DNA of 61,867 nucleotides, the filler included, from Chiloscyllium plagiosum (lineage: Eukaryota): assembly GCF_004010195.1 (NCBI RefSeq). It is 5 parts of one record of this genome, joined end to end, with 100 filler letters (N's around TTAATTAATTAA, not from the genome) between each part and the next. Parts side by side here need not be neighbours in the genome. Positions count along the whole stretch, not along the records: positions 48,956 to 55,759 come from NC_057714.1; positions 55,860 to 61,867 come from NC_057714.1; 3 more parts are not named here. One strand, 5' to 3'. A program made the translations under genes and the position numbers. This document shows positions 49,943 through 61,698 of this stretch, one piece after another; position 1 is the first letter of the stretch, and each line of letters opens with the position of its first letter. The notes under the pieces are model-generated. The model was not told where the DNA came from. It did no database searches and saw nothing but the letters and a program-made list of their open reading frames with translations.

Positions 49943-50712
49943 GGAGAAAGTGAGGACTGCAGAAGGTGTCGATCAGAATCAAAATGTGTGGCACTGGTGA
50001 AGCACAGCGGGTCAGGCAGCATCCAAAGAGCAGGAAAGTCAACATTTCCGACATAAGCCCTTCATCAGGATTGGGGTGGAGGGGGAGAAGGAGGCTGTGA
50101 GTTAAATGGGTGGGATGGGGGGGGGGGTGGGGAACGGGGGGGGGGGGGGGGGAACATACCATTGGAATGTGATGGGTAGGTGAGGTGAGGAGTGATGGTG
50201 ACTGGGCGGAGTGGAGGGTGAACCAGAAAGGTGGGACGGAAGGTAGACAGATAGGACAGGTCAAGAGGGCGGTCCTGAGTTGGACGGTTGGATCTGGGAT
50301 AAGGTGGGGGGAGGGGAGATGAGGAAACTGGTGAAATCGAAGTTGATGCCGAGTAGTTGGAGGGTCCCGAGGTGGAAGATGAGGCGTTCTTCCTCCAGGC
50401 GTCGGGTGGTGAGGGAGTGGCAATGGAGGAGGCCCAGGAGTGGGAGGGGGAGTTGAAGTGTCCAGCCACAGGGCGGTGGGGTTGGTGGGTGCGGGTGTCC
50501 TGGAGATGTTCTCTGAAACATTCTGCAAGCAGGTGTCCTGTCTCCCCAATGTAGAGGAGACCAGATTAAAGCAATGGATACAGTAGATGAGGTGTGTGGT
50601 AGTGCAGGTAAATCTCGGATGGATGTGGAAGGATCCTTTAGGGGCGTTGGACGGAGGTGTGGGTGGGGGGCAGGTTTTGCAATTCCTGCAGTGGCAGGGG
50701 AAGGTGCCAGGA
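49943..50712 (-). mobile_element. PLE 3' portion (GIY-YIG C-terminus + pseudo-LTR)
   Basis: HFNSPSHS...GLLHCHSLTTRRLEEERLIFHLGTLQ..GIN.DF followed by the same terminal unit as the short insertions. Confidence 0.85.
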
Positions 50713-50717
50713 CAGGA

Positions 50718-51828
50718 GGGACCCTGTCAGGGTGGTCCCCTGGGGTTTGGGGGGGACCCTGTCAGGGTGGTCCTCTGGGGTGAGGAGGACCCTGTCAGGG
50801 TGGTCCCCTGGGGTGTGGAGGACCCTGTCAGGGTGGTCCCCTGGGGTGTGAGGGACCCTGTCAGGGTGGTCCCCTGGGGTTTGGGGGGGATCCTGTCAGG
50901 GTGGTCCCCTGGGGTGTGGAGGACCCTGTCAGGGTGGTCCCCTGGGGTTTGTGGGGGACCCTGTCAGGGTGGTCCCCTGGGGTTTGGGGGGGATCCTGTC
51001 AGGGTGTTCCCCTGGGGTGTGGAGGACCCTGTCAGGGTGGTCCCCTGGGGTGTGAGGGACCCTGTCAGGGTGACCCCCTGGGGTTTGGAGGGGACCCTGT
51101 CAGGGTGACCCCCCTGGGGTGTGAGAGACCCTGTCAGGGTGACCCCCTGGGGTTTGGGGGGGATCCTGTCAGGGTGTTCCCCTGGGGTGTGGGGGACCCT
51201 GTCAGGGTGGTCCCCTGGGGTGTGGAGGACCCTGTCAGGGTGACCCCCTGGGATTTGGGGGGGACCCTGTCAGGGTGATCCCCTGGGGTTTGGGGGGGGA
51301 CCCTGTCAGGGTGGTCCCCTGGGGTGTGAGAGACCCGGTCTGGGTGATCCCCTGGGGCTTGGGGGGGACCCTGTCAGGGTGACCCCCTGGGGTTTGGGGG
51401 GGATCCTGTCAGGATGATCCCCTGGGGTTTGGGGGGGGACCCTGTCAGGGTGTTCCCCTGGAGTGTGGGGGACCCTGTCAGGGTGACCCCCTGGGGTTTG
51501 GGGGGGATCCTGTCAGGGTGGTCCCCTGGGGTGTGGAGGACCCTGTCAGGGTGACCCCCTGGGGTTTGGGGGGGACCCTGTCAGGGTGGTTCCCTGGGGT
51601 GTGGGGGGGATCCTGTCAGGGTGGTCCCCTGGGGTGTGGGGGACCCTGTCAGGGTGACCCCCTGGGGTTTGGGGGGGATCCTGTCAGGGTGGTCCCCTGG
51701 GGTTTGGGGTGACCCTGTCAGGGTGGTCCCCTGGGGTGTGGGGGACCCTGTCAGGGTGACCCCCTGGGGTTTGGGGGGGATCCTGTCAGGGTGGTCCCCT
51801 GGGGTGTGGGGGACCCTGTCAGGGTGAC
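50718..51828. repeat. G-rich minisatellite, 33-35-bp unit, roughly 33 copies
   Basis: Unit ggaccctgtcagggtggtcccctggggtgtgga with a ...ggggtttgggggg variant. Confidence 0.97.
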
Positions 51829-52583
51829 AGACTTGTGTCTTGGGGCTGTTTCTAGCTACAGTGCCTCGTGGCCTGCACAGTAAGGTTAATGACATTGTGT
51901 GAGAGAGGTATAAACTGGAATATCCAAATGGATTACTGAAGAATTCCAGCCAACATCCTAAATATACCAGAATGAGGGAGAGGAATGGGTGGTGGATCTG
52001 TCACCACGGTTTCACTGTCGGAGGGTCCTTCCAAGCTTGCCTAACACTTACATCTTTCACCTTGAACAGAGCGAGTCTGTCGGCAGCCTGGCCATTGGGT
52101 TGGGATGGTCCCCAGCTACCGTTCCCGTCCCCCTGTTAGCTTTGCTTCACTGTTAATATTTACAGCCGTGTGGGTACGTTCCTGAATAGGAATGGTTTGG
52201 AATGATGTGGTCCGTGCAGACAGCTGGGGTTGTGGGTTACTTTGGGAATGTGGCTGGTGTGGATTCGTTAGACTGAAGGGTCTGTATCTGCGTGGCATGG
52301 GTTTGTGACTCTCTGCTAAACTGATGGACAAAGAAATGACTTGACAACTCACTCTGAAGGGAACCTTTTCAAATTCAGTTTGGTTCCTGCCACGGTCAAA
52401 TTCCTGGTGATTCTTAGAAGCTATTGATCAATTTAGCAGTGATAGAGTCACACACAAATGGGCAAGTCCCAAACAGGCCTTTCCATCGTGTAGTCCACTG
52501 GGAGGGATACCTCTGGACATGAACAATGCAGCCACGTGGGTTGTCAGTGATGCCTTCTGCCTTTGGCAGTCAGCTCTGCTTAC

Positions 52584-52828
52584 CCTCGGTTTTCTGAAAT
52601 AAGGACAGTGATTTATTCTCCAGATCGCGCAGGGTGACCAGGTCGTTGGCAATGCTCTGCAGCAGTTGTCCAAGCTGTTCCTCCACTTGTGGGTGCTGTC
52701 GCTTCACGACGCGGGATAGAAGCTGCTCCTGGAGACCCTCGAAGGTCACTGTGCAGTTAATCAGGGTCACCAGGTTACACACAGCAGGTAGGAAGTTCGG
52801 GTTGGAGATCCGGGTGGTCATGTACAAC
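52584..52828 (-). CDS. DNAH14: Axonemal dynein heavy chain exon (AAA5 region), DNAH14-like
   Basis: atcgcag|GTTGTAC...GAGG|gtaagc, 245 nt. LYMTTRISNPNFLPAVCNLVTLINCTVTFEGLQEQLLS...LLQSIANDLVTLRDLENKSLSLFQKTE. Dynein call is firm; the DNAH14 (vs DNAH6) assignment is from recalled similarity. Confidence 0.8.
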
Positions 52829-53031
52829 CTGCGATTATATTGTTAAACCAGTCAACACATTCACTCAAACTCAAATGCAAACAAAATCCAGACAGAAACT
52901 GCTGCAGAACATGCAGAAAGGCGACTGGACTCGAAACATGAACTCTCCTTTCTCTCCACAGATGCTGCCATACCTGCTGAGTTTCTCCAGCAATTTCTGT
53001 TCCGATTTTCTGAATCCGGGTTTGGTGTTAC

Positions 53032-53153
53032 CTGAAGTTGGAATTGTATTCGACTTCCTTGTTTCCAATCCTGATGTAGTCCTGCCCCTCTCGGGAATAA
53101 ATCTCTCGCACCAACACTGGCCTCAGCCCTGGATCAATCTGCTCCGTTAATTC
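53032..53153 (-). CDS. DNAH14: Dynein heavy chain exon, DNAH14-like
   Basis: ccttccctgcag|GAATTA...TTCAG|gtaaca, 122 nt. ELTEQIDPGLRPVLVREIYSREGQDYIRIGNKEVEYNSNFR; phases match both neighbours. Confidence 0.8.
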
Positions 53154-53240
53154 CTGCAGGGAAGGAGACAAACCAAACACATTCCTTTCCTTTCAATCTT
53201 TCCTCAGCTTCTTTATCCTGGTCAGTTGAGGCAACCCACA

Positions 53241-54333
53241 GGTTAGATACAGAGTAAAACTCACCCGACACTGCCCCAATCAAATCCTCCCAGGATAAGG
53301 ACAGCACAGGGTTAGATACAGAGTAAAGCTCCCTCTACACTGTCCCCCATCAAACCCTCCCAGGACAGGGACAGCACGGGGTTAGATACAGAGTAAAGCT
53401 CCCTCTACACTGTCCCCCATCAAACACCCCCCAGGACAAGGACAGCACGGGGTTAGATACAGAGTAAAGCTCCCTCTACACTATCCCCCATCAAACCCTC
53501 CCAGGGCACGGTCAGCGTGGGGTTAGATACAGAGTAAAGCTCCCTCTACACTGTTCCCCATCAAACACCCCCAGGACCGGGACAGCACGGGGTTAGATAC
53601 AGAGTAAAGCTCCCTCTACACTGTCCCCCACCAAATACCCACAGGACAGGGACAGCACAAGGTCAGATACAGAGTAAAGCTCCCTCTACACTGTCCCCAT
53701 CAAACACCCCCCAGGACAGGGACAGCACGGGGTTAGATACAGAGTAAAGCTCCCTCTGCAATGTCCCCATCAAACACTCCCAGGACACAGACAGTGCGGA
53801 GTTAGATACAGAGTAAAGTTCCCTCTACACTGTGCCCCATCAAACACCCCCAGGACAGGAACAGCACGGGGTCAGATACAGAGTAAAGCTTCCTCTACAC
53901 TGTCCCTCATCAAACACCCCCTAGGACAGGGACAGCACAGGGTTAGATACAGAGTAAAGCTCCTCTACACTGTTCCCCCATCAAACACCCCCTAGGACAG
54001 GGACAGCACAGGGTCAGATACAGAGTAAAGCTCCCTCTACACTGTCCCCCATCAAACATACCCCAGGACAGGGACAGCACAGGGTTAGATACAGAGTAAA
54101 GTTCCCTCTACAGTGTCCCCCCCATCAAACACCCCCAGGACAGGGACAGCGCGGGGTTGGATACAGAGTAAAGCCCCCTCTACACTGTCCCCCATCAAAC
54201 ACCCCCACGACAGGGACAGCGTGGGGTTAGATACAGAGTAAAGCTTCCTCTACACTGTCCCCCATCAAACACCCCCCAGGACAGGGACAGCGTGGGGTTA
54301 GATACAGAGTAAAGCTCCCTGTACAGTGTCCCC
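53241..54333. repeat. 70-bp intronic minisatellite, about 15.5 copies
   Basis: Unit gttagatacagagtaaagctccctctacactgtcccccatcaaaccctcccaggacagggacagcacggg (period 53311 to 53381). Confidence 0.97.
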
Positions 54334-54363
54334 TAAGCAGCAGCTTCCTTTCTCGATACTCAC

Positions 54364-54594
54364 GTGTAGGAGGACTGGGTATCCCATGCGAATTGCACTC
54401 TCCAGGAGTTTGGTGTACCCAGGGTCTGTTGCCAGGAGGATGAGCAGCTCCTGCCCCTCCATCTTTGTGATCCAACTTCTTGCCTGACCCTGTGGGTCAA
54501 TGAGTAGCGGCCAGTTGTTGCTCATCTTCACCAGGATAGCATTTTCGGTGGAGTAATTATCAGCTGGCAGACCCTGATTCTGTAAAATGCGAAC
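54364..54594 (-). CDS. DNAH14: Dynein heavy chain exon (AAA5 start), DNAH14-like
   Basis: ccctctctcag|GTTCGC...CTACAC|gtgagt, 231 nt. VRILQNQGLPADNYSTENAILVKMSNNWPLLIDPQGQARSWI...AIRMGYPVLLH. Confidence 0.8.
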
Positions 54595-54855
54595 CTGAGA
54601 GAGGGATACATCACATTCCTTTAACACTGTTAACAAATGTGTGCACATACAGCCAGACAATTAAAACCCATCACAGACTTACTCCGAAATACTTTGATTT
54701 GTTTTTTGGTTTTTGTCCCAATTATGTATCCCTCTCTTCCTCACTCACTCCCTCCGCACTTTGCCACTCTGTTCCTCCAAATCCCTTTCACTCTATTCCA
54801 CTTTCCCAATCTCGAGTCACAGAAATAAGCCTTTCAGCCCATCAACTCTGCACTA

Positions 54856-55163
54856 GTGTGTGTGCGTGTATATAAACGGGAGTGCGTGTGTGTGTACATC
54901 GCACGTGCACGCATGTGAGTGTGTGTACTTGCATGTGCGTGTGTACTTGTCCGTGTGTGTACGCGTGTGCATTTGCGTGTGCGTGCGTGTGTATTTGCGT
55001 GTGCGTGTGTGTGCGCGCATGTGTATTTGCATGTGCGTGTGTATATGCGTGTGCATGTGTGCGCGTGTGTGTATTTGCGTGTGCGTGTGTGTGTGTGTGT
55101 GCGTGTGTATTTGCGTGTGCATGTGTGTGTGCATGCATGGGGGAGTGTGCGTTTGAGTGTGTG
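54856..55163. repeat. Degenerate (GT/GC)n microsatellite
   Basis: About 300 bp of mostly alternating purine-pyrimidine. Confidence 0.95.
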
Positions 55164-55171
55164 CACAATAG

Positions 55172-55759
55172 CCCTCTGCAGATTCCAGGTCACGCTTACC
55201 CTGTCTACGTCCCTCTGCAGACTCTGGGTCACCCTTACCCTGTCTATGTCCCTCTGTAGACTCTGGGTCACCCTTACCCTGTGTATACCCCTCTGCAGAC
55301 TCTGGGTCACCCTTACCCTGTCCATGTCCCTCTGCAGACTCTGGGTCACCCTTACCCTGTCCATGTCCCTCTGCAGACTCTGGGTGACCCTTACCCTGTG
55401 TATACCCCTCTGCAGTCTCTGGGTCACCCTTACCCTGTCTATATCCCTCTGTAGACTCTGGGTCACCCTTACCCTGTCTATGTCCCTCTGCAGACTCTGG
55501 GTCACCCTTACCCTGTGTATACCCCTCTGCAGTCTCTGAGTCACCCTTACCCTGTCTATATCCCTCTGTAGACTCTGAGTCACCCTTACCCTGTCTATGT
55601 CCCTCTGCAGACTGTGGGTCACCCTTACCCTGTATATGTCCCTCTGCAGACTGTGGGTCACCCTTACCCTGTCTATGTCCCTCTGCAGACTCTGGGTCAC
55701 CCTTACCCTGTCTATGTCCCTCTGTAGACTCTGGGTAACCCTTACCCTGTGTATACCCC
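55172..55759. repeat. 39-bp minisatellite, at least 15 copies, cut by segment end
   Basis: Unit ccctctgcagactctgggtcacccttaccctgtctatgt. Confidence 0.97.
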
Positions 55760-55859
55760 NNNNNNNNNNNNNNNNNNNNNNNNNNNNNNNNNNNNNNNNN
55801 NNNTTAATTAATTAANNNNNNNNNNNNNNNNNNNNNNNNNNNNNNNNNNNNNNNNNNNN
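55760..55859. other. Artificial segment linker
   Basis: N44-TTAATTAATTAA-N44. Confidence 0.98.
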
Positions 55860-56143
55860 TCCTAACCTGCAATCTTCTTCCTGACCTCTCCGCCCCCCCC
55901 CCACTCTGGTCTATCACCCTCACCTTGACCTCTTTCCACCTATCACATTTCCGACGCCCCTCCCCCAAGTCCCTCCTCCCTACCTTTTATCTTAGCCTGC
56001 TGGACAAACTTTCCTCATTCCTGAAGAAGGGCTTATGCCCGAAACGTCGATTCTCCTGTTCCCTGGATGCTGCCTGACCTGCTGCGCTGTTCCAGCAATA
56101 CATTTTCAGCTCTGATCTCCAGCATCTGCAGACCTCACTTTCT
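55860..56143 (+). mobile_element. PLE 3' terminal region with intact hammerhead core (56021-56048)
   Basis: attc-CTGAAGA-a-gggc(ttat)gccc-GAAA-cGTC-gatt, then the full terminal tail ...ctcactttctc. Confidence 0.88.
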
Positions 56144-57077
56144 CCACATCTCTATCATGTCCCCACTTAATCTCCTCTGCTCTAATGAAAACAACTCCAG
56201 TCTATTCAACCTGTCTTTATAGATGAAACTGTCCAGCCCAGGCAACATCCTGGTAAACCTCCTCTCCAGCGCTATCTCATCCATCTGTTCATTATATTTT
56301 CTTGTCTTGTTTATCCTGCCCAAGTACATCAACTCATACTTATCCAGATCAAATTCCATTTGCCATTGATCAGTCCATTGTGACCAATTCACCTATGTCC
56401 TTCTATAATCCAAGCCTCACTGATTCTTGTATTAGCTATGAACTTACATATCAACCCCTCCTTCACTCATGTCGAAGTCATTTATAAGTACAGGAACTGG
56501 ATGTTATATTGAGGTTGTATGTGACGTTGACGAGGCCTCTTCTGGAATACAGTTCTGGTCTCCCTGTTATAGGAAGGATATCATTAAGTTGGGGAGGGTT
56601 CAGAAGAGATTTACCAGGATATTGCTGGCAATGGAGGATTTGAGTTATAAGGAGAGATTGGATAAGTTGGGACTTCTGTCACTGGAATGTAGGAGTTTGA
56701 GCATTGATGTTACAGTGCTTTATAAAATCATAAGGGGTTTAGATAAGGTGAATGGCAGGTGCCTTTTCCTTAGGATGGGGGATTTCTAGACTAGGGACAT
56801 ATTTTTAAGGTGAGAGAAGAAAGATTTTAAAAAGACATAAGGGATAATTTTTTTAAAATGTAGAACACGATTCGTATGTGGAATGAACTTCCAAAGGAAG
56901 TGATGGATGCAGGTACAGTTACAACATTTGAAAGATATTGTATAGTACATGAATCAGAAATATTTGGAAGGATAATGGCCAAGCGCAGACAGGTTGGACT
57001 AGTTTAGTTTGGGAGTATAGTCGGCATGGACTGGTTGGACCGAAGGGTCAAGTTTTCATGCTTGTTGACTCTATGAC
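56144..57077. mobile_element. CR1 fragments (minus ~56144-56400; plus ~56490-57077)
   Basis: QWQMEF.LDK and QFWSPCYRKDIIKL.RVQKRFTR motifs; CR1 tail. Confidence 0.8.
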
Positions 57078-57375
57078 CTTATGATCCCTGCATTACCCCA
57101 GTGGACAAAGGATTTAAGTCATGTCTCTGGCACACCTTTTCCATTGGGATGGCCTTTGCCCTGAGGTGAGGAACCCCACCACTGTGATTGATAGATCTCT
57201 CAGCTGAAGCTGACCCAATTTCTGCACTTCTGCTCTCACCTTTTCCTCTCTATCCCTAAACAACAATAATATTGTCCTTAACCTCAGTTTTGTAGCCCAC
57301 CAGCCTTTGCAGTTGGAGGATTTCCATTACTTCCAACAGAAAACCATCAGATATCTTCCCATATGCACCAATGAA

Positions 57376-57548
57376 GAGCTGAAAATGTGTTGCTGGAACA
57401 GCGCAGCAGGTCAGGCAGCATCCAGGGAACAGGAGAATCAACGTTTCGGGCATAAGCCCTTCTTCAGGAATGTTGCCTGACCTGCTGCGCTGTTCCAGCA
57501 ACACATTTTCAGCTCTGATCTCCAGCATCTGCAGACCTCACTTTCTCC
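57376..57548. mobile_element. Short inverted-repeat PLE pseudo-LTR insertion within a CR1 ORF1 GTNDIG motif
   Basis: Inverted arms; hammerhead core on minus strand (~57436-57471); flanks accaatga / cataggtagg rejoin to CR1 ORF1; no clear TSD. Confidence 0.85.
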
Positions 57549-57550
57549 TC

Positions 57551-60500
57551 CATAGGTAGGAAGAGAACTGGGGATTTAAAGCAGAAATACAGGGAGCTAG
57601 GGTGGAAGCTTAGACCTAGAACAAACAGAGTTGTTATCTCTGGTTTATTGCCTTTGCCACATGAGGTGAGGAATAGGGAGAGAGAGGAGTTGAACACGTG
57701 GCTACAGGGATGGTGAAGGAGGGAGGGTTTCAGCTACCTGGATAATTGGAGCTCTTTCTCGGGTTGGTGGGACCTCTACAAACAGGATGGTCTTCACCTG
57801 AACCAGATGGGTACGAATATTCTGGGGGGATATTTGCTCATGGTCTTTGGGTGGGTTTAAACTAATTCAGCAGAGGATGGGAACCCAAATTGTATTTTGA
57901 ATATATGGGAGGAAGAGAGTAGAGAAGTCAGAACTAACATTTCAAGATCGCAAGAAAGCACTGGTAGGCAAGAAGTTGGTTTGAAATGCATCTACTTCAA
58001 TGCCAGGAGCATCCAGAATAAGGTGGATGAACTCGCAGCATGGGTTGGTACCTGGTATTTTGATTGTGTGGCCATTTCAGAGACATGGATAGAGCAGGGA
58101 CAGGAATGGTTATTGCAGGTTCTGGGATTTAGATGTTTCAGTAAGAACAGAGAAAATAGTAAAAGAGGGGATGGTGTGTCACGGACAGTATTACGGTTGC
58201 AGAAAGGATATTTGAGAACTTGTCTACTGAGGTCGTATGGACTGAGATTAGAAACAGAAAGGAGAGGCCACTCTGTTGGGAGTTTTCTATAGGTCTCCAA
58301 ATAATTGCAGAGATGTAGATGATAGGATAGCAAAGATGTTCCTTGATAGGAGCGAGAGTAGTTATTATGGGGGCTTTAACTTTCCTAAGATTGACTGGGA
58401 ATACTATAGTTCAAGTACTTTAGATGGATCAGTTTTTTGTCTAATGTGTGCAGGAGGATTTCCTGACACAGTGTGTAGATAGGCCAACAAGGGGCGAGGC
58501 CACATTAGGTTTGGTACTGGGTAATGAACCCAACCAGGTGTTAGATTTGGAGGTAGGTGAGCACTTTGGCAATAGTGACCACAATTTGGTGATGTTTACT
58601 TTAGTGATGGAAAATGATAGGTATATACTGCAGGACATGAGTCATAGCTGGGGGAAAGGTAATTATGATGCGATTAGGTAAGATTTAGGATGCATAGGAT
58701 GGAGAAGGAAACTGCAGGGGATGGGCACAATTGAAATGTGGAACTTATTCAAGGACCAGCTACTGTGATAATTATGTACTGTCAGGCAGGGAGGAAGTTG
58801 TCGAGTGCAGGAACCGTGGTTTACTAAGGAAGTTGAATCTCTCTTCAAGAAGAAGAAGAAGACTTAAGTTAGGGTGAGATGCGATGGTTCAGTTAAGGCA
58901 CTTGCGAATTACAGGTTAACCAGGAAAGACCTAAATTGAGAGCTAAGAAGAGTCAGGAGGGACATGAAAATTCAATGGTGGATAGGATCAAGGAAAACTC
59001 TAAAGCTTTCTATAGCTATATGAGGAATAATAGTATGACTAGAGTAAGATCAGAGCCAATCAAGCATAGTCGAGGAAAGTTGTGCGTGGAGTCAAAGGAG
59101 AAAGGGGAAGCATTAAATGAATACTTTTCACCAGTATTCACACTAAAAAATAGCAATGTGGTCAAGGGCAATATTGAAATACAGGCTCCTAGCCCAAATA
59201 GGATTGAGGTGTATAAGGAGGAGGTGTTAGCAATTCTGGAAAGCATAAAAATAGATAAGTTCCCTGGGCCAAATGGGATTTATGCTAGGATTCTCTGGAA
59301 AGCCAGGGAGGATATTGCCAAGCCTTTGGCTTTGTTCTTTATGTCATCATTGTCCATAGGAATAGTGCTAGAAGACTGCAGGATAGCAAATGTTGTTCCC
59401 TTGATCAAGAAGGGGAGTAAAGACAACCCTGGTAATTATAGACCTGTGAGTGTTACTTCAGTTGTGGGTAAAATGTTGGAAAAAGGCGCTAAGAGATAGG
59501 ATTTATAATCATCTAGAGAGGAATAAGTTGATTAGGGATAGTCCAGATGATTTTGTGAAGGGTAGGTCGTGCCTCACAATCCTTATTGAGTTCTTTGAGA
59601 AGATGGCCAAATAGGTGGATTAGGGTAAGATGGTTGATGTGGTGTATATGGATTTCAGTAAAACATTTGATAAGGTTCCGCACGGTAGGCCATTGCACAA
59701 AATACAGATGCATGGGATTGGGGGTGATTTAGTGATTTGGATCAGAAATTGGCTAGCTGAAAGAAGACAGACAGTGGTGGTGGTGAGAAATATTCATCCT
59801 GGAGTTCAGTCACTAGTGGTGTACCGCAAGAATCTGTTTTGGGTCCACTATTGTTTGTCATTTATATAAATGACCTGGATGAGGGTATAGAAGGATGGGT
59901 TAATAAATTTGCAGATGGCACTAAGATCGGTGGAGTAGTGGACAGTGCTGAAGGATGTTGTAGATTACAGAGAGACAGAGGTAAGCTGCAGAGCTGGGCT
60001 GAGAGGTGGCAAATAGAGTTTAATGTGGAAATGTCTAGGTGATTCACTTTGAAAGGAGTAACAGGAATGCAGTGTACTGGGCTAATGGTAAGATTCTTAG
60101 TACTGTAGATGAGCAGAGAGACCTCAATGTCCAGGCACTTGGATCCTTGAAAGTTGCCACCCATGTTGATAGAGTTGTTAAGGAGGTATACCAGAGCTTT
60201 TACAGGTAAAGGGATTGAGTTTTGGAACCATGAGATAATGATACAGCTGTACAAAGTTCTGGTGCAGCCACATTTAGAGTATTGCGTACAGTTATGGTCA
60301 CCACATTATAGGAAGGATGTGGAAGTTTTAGAAAAGGTTCTGAGGAGAGTTTTACTAGGATGTTGCCTGGTATGGAGGCAAAGTCTTATGAGGAAAGGCT
60401 GAGGGACTTGAGGTTGCTTTCATTAGAGAGAGGAAGGTTGAGAAGCAACTTAATTAGACATGTAAGATAATCAGAGGGTTAGATCGAGTGAACAGTGATA

Positions 60501-60820
60501 GCCTTTTTCCTCAGATGGTGATGACCAGCACAAGAGGCCATAGCTTTAAATTGAGGAGTGATCGATATAGGACAGATGTCAGAGGTAGTTTCTTTACTCA
60601 GAGAGTAGTAGGGGTGTGGAATTGCACTGCCTGCAACAGTAGTAGACTCGCCAACTTTAAGGACATTTAAATGGTCTTTGGATAGGCATATGGATGAAAA
60701 TGGAATAGTGTAGGTTAAGTGGGCTTCAGATTGATTCCACAGGTCGGTGCAACATTGAGGGTCAAAGGGCCTGTACTGCGCTGTAATGTTCAATGTTCTA
60801 TATTCTATGTTCTATGTTCT
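57551..60820 (+). mobile_element. CR1 LINE (ORF1 end + disrupted ORF2)
   Basis: CIYFNARSIQNK, AISETW, NYRPVSVTS, YMDFSKTFDKV, NKFADGTK, LEYCVQLWSP motifs; (ttctatg)n tail. Confidence 0.93.
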
Positions 60821-60879
60821 CTGTTCCCCTCCCCTGTCATGTCACCATTTTGGAAGGATTGTTCCCTCCTCCATCATTT

Positions 60880-61045
60880 CAAATAGTTCCTCACACACCT
60901 GCCACCCCATGGCACTTTCCCATGCAATCAGAGAAGGTGTAACACTTGCCCATTGAACTTCCTTCAATCTCGTCTATTGTATGTAACCTCTGCTACATTG
61001 GCAAAACCAAACATAGATTGGATGATCGCTTTGTGGAACACCTAG
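60880..61045 (+). mobile_element. Degraded PLE GIY-YIG fragment
   Basis: GTFPCNQRRCNTCP...YIGKTKHRLDDRFVEHL. Confidence 0.7.
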
Positions 61046-61134
61046 ACTTTGGCACGATGGGCCAAATAGCCTCCTTCTGCACCATAATAGTTATATGATC
61101 ATTTTATGAATGAGCACAACCTTTCCTTTGCTTA

Positions 61135-61698
61135 AGAAAGTTCACATTAAGGCACTTTACCTGAATGCTCGTAGCATTCGTAACAAAGCAGATGAACTAA
61201 TGGCACAGATCACCGTGAATGATTATGATGTGGTAGGCATCTCAAAGACGTGGTTGCAGGTGGGTCAGGACTGGCAGTTAAACATCCAAGGATTTTCAAC
61301 TTATCAAAAAGACAGGGAGGTAGGCAGAGGGGGCGGGGTTGCCTTGTTAGTTAAGAACAAAATTAAATCGATGGCACTGAATAACATGAGGTCGGATGAT
61401 GTGGAGTCTGTGTGGGTGGAATTGAGGAACAACAAAGGCAAAAAAACCATGATGGGAGTTATGTACAGACCTCCTAACAGTGGTCAGGACCAGGGGTGCA
61501 ACATGTACTGGGAAATAGAGAAGGCATGTCAGAAAGGCAAGGTCATGGTGATCATGGGAGACTTCAATATGCAGGTGGACTGGGTAAATAATGTTGCCAG
61601 CGGATCCAAAGAAAGGGAATTCATGGAATGCTTACAGGATGGCTTTTTGGAACAGCTTCTGATGGAGCCCACAAGGGAGCAGGCTATTCTGGACCTAG
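61135..61698 (+). mobile_element. CR1 ORF2 endonuclease domain, interrupted by a PLE
   Basis: ALYLNARSIRNK, YDVVGISKTW, YRPPNSG, MGDFN, PTREQAILDLV. Confidence 0.92.

Noticed and set aside
49680..50549. 289-aa proline-rich ORF fused to RT
   Set aside because: Chance read-through from a PLE low-complexity 3' region into a decayed LINE RT.
50718..55759. Tandem arrays as CRISPR arrays or repeat proteins (ORFs such as 50587-51108, 54834-55700, 54919-55539)
   Set aside because: Units are contiguous with no unique spacers, there are no cas genes, the context is vertebrate intronic, and the ORFs are by-products of repeat periodicity.
25584..55859. TTAATTAATTAA palindromes within N runs as biological motifs
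   Set aside because: Four identical 100-nt spacers with six-frame stops; these are artificial joins.
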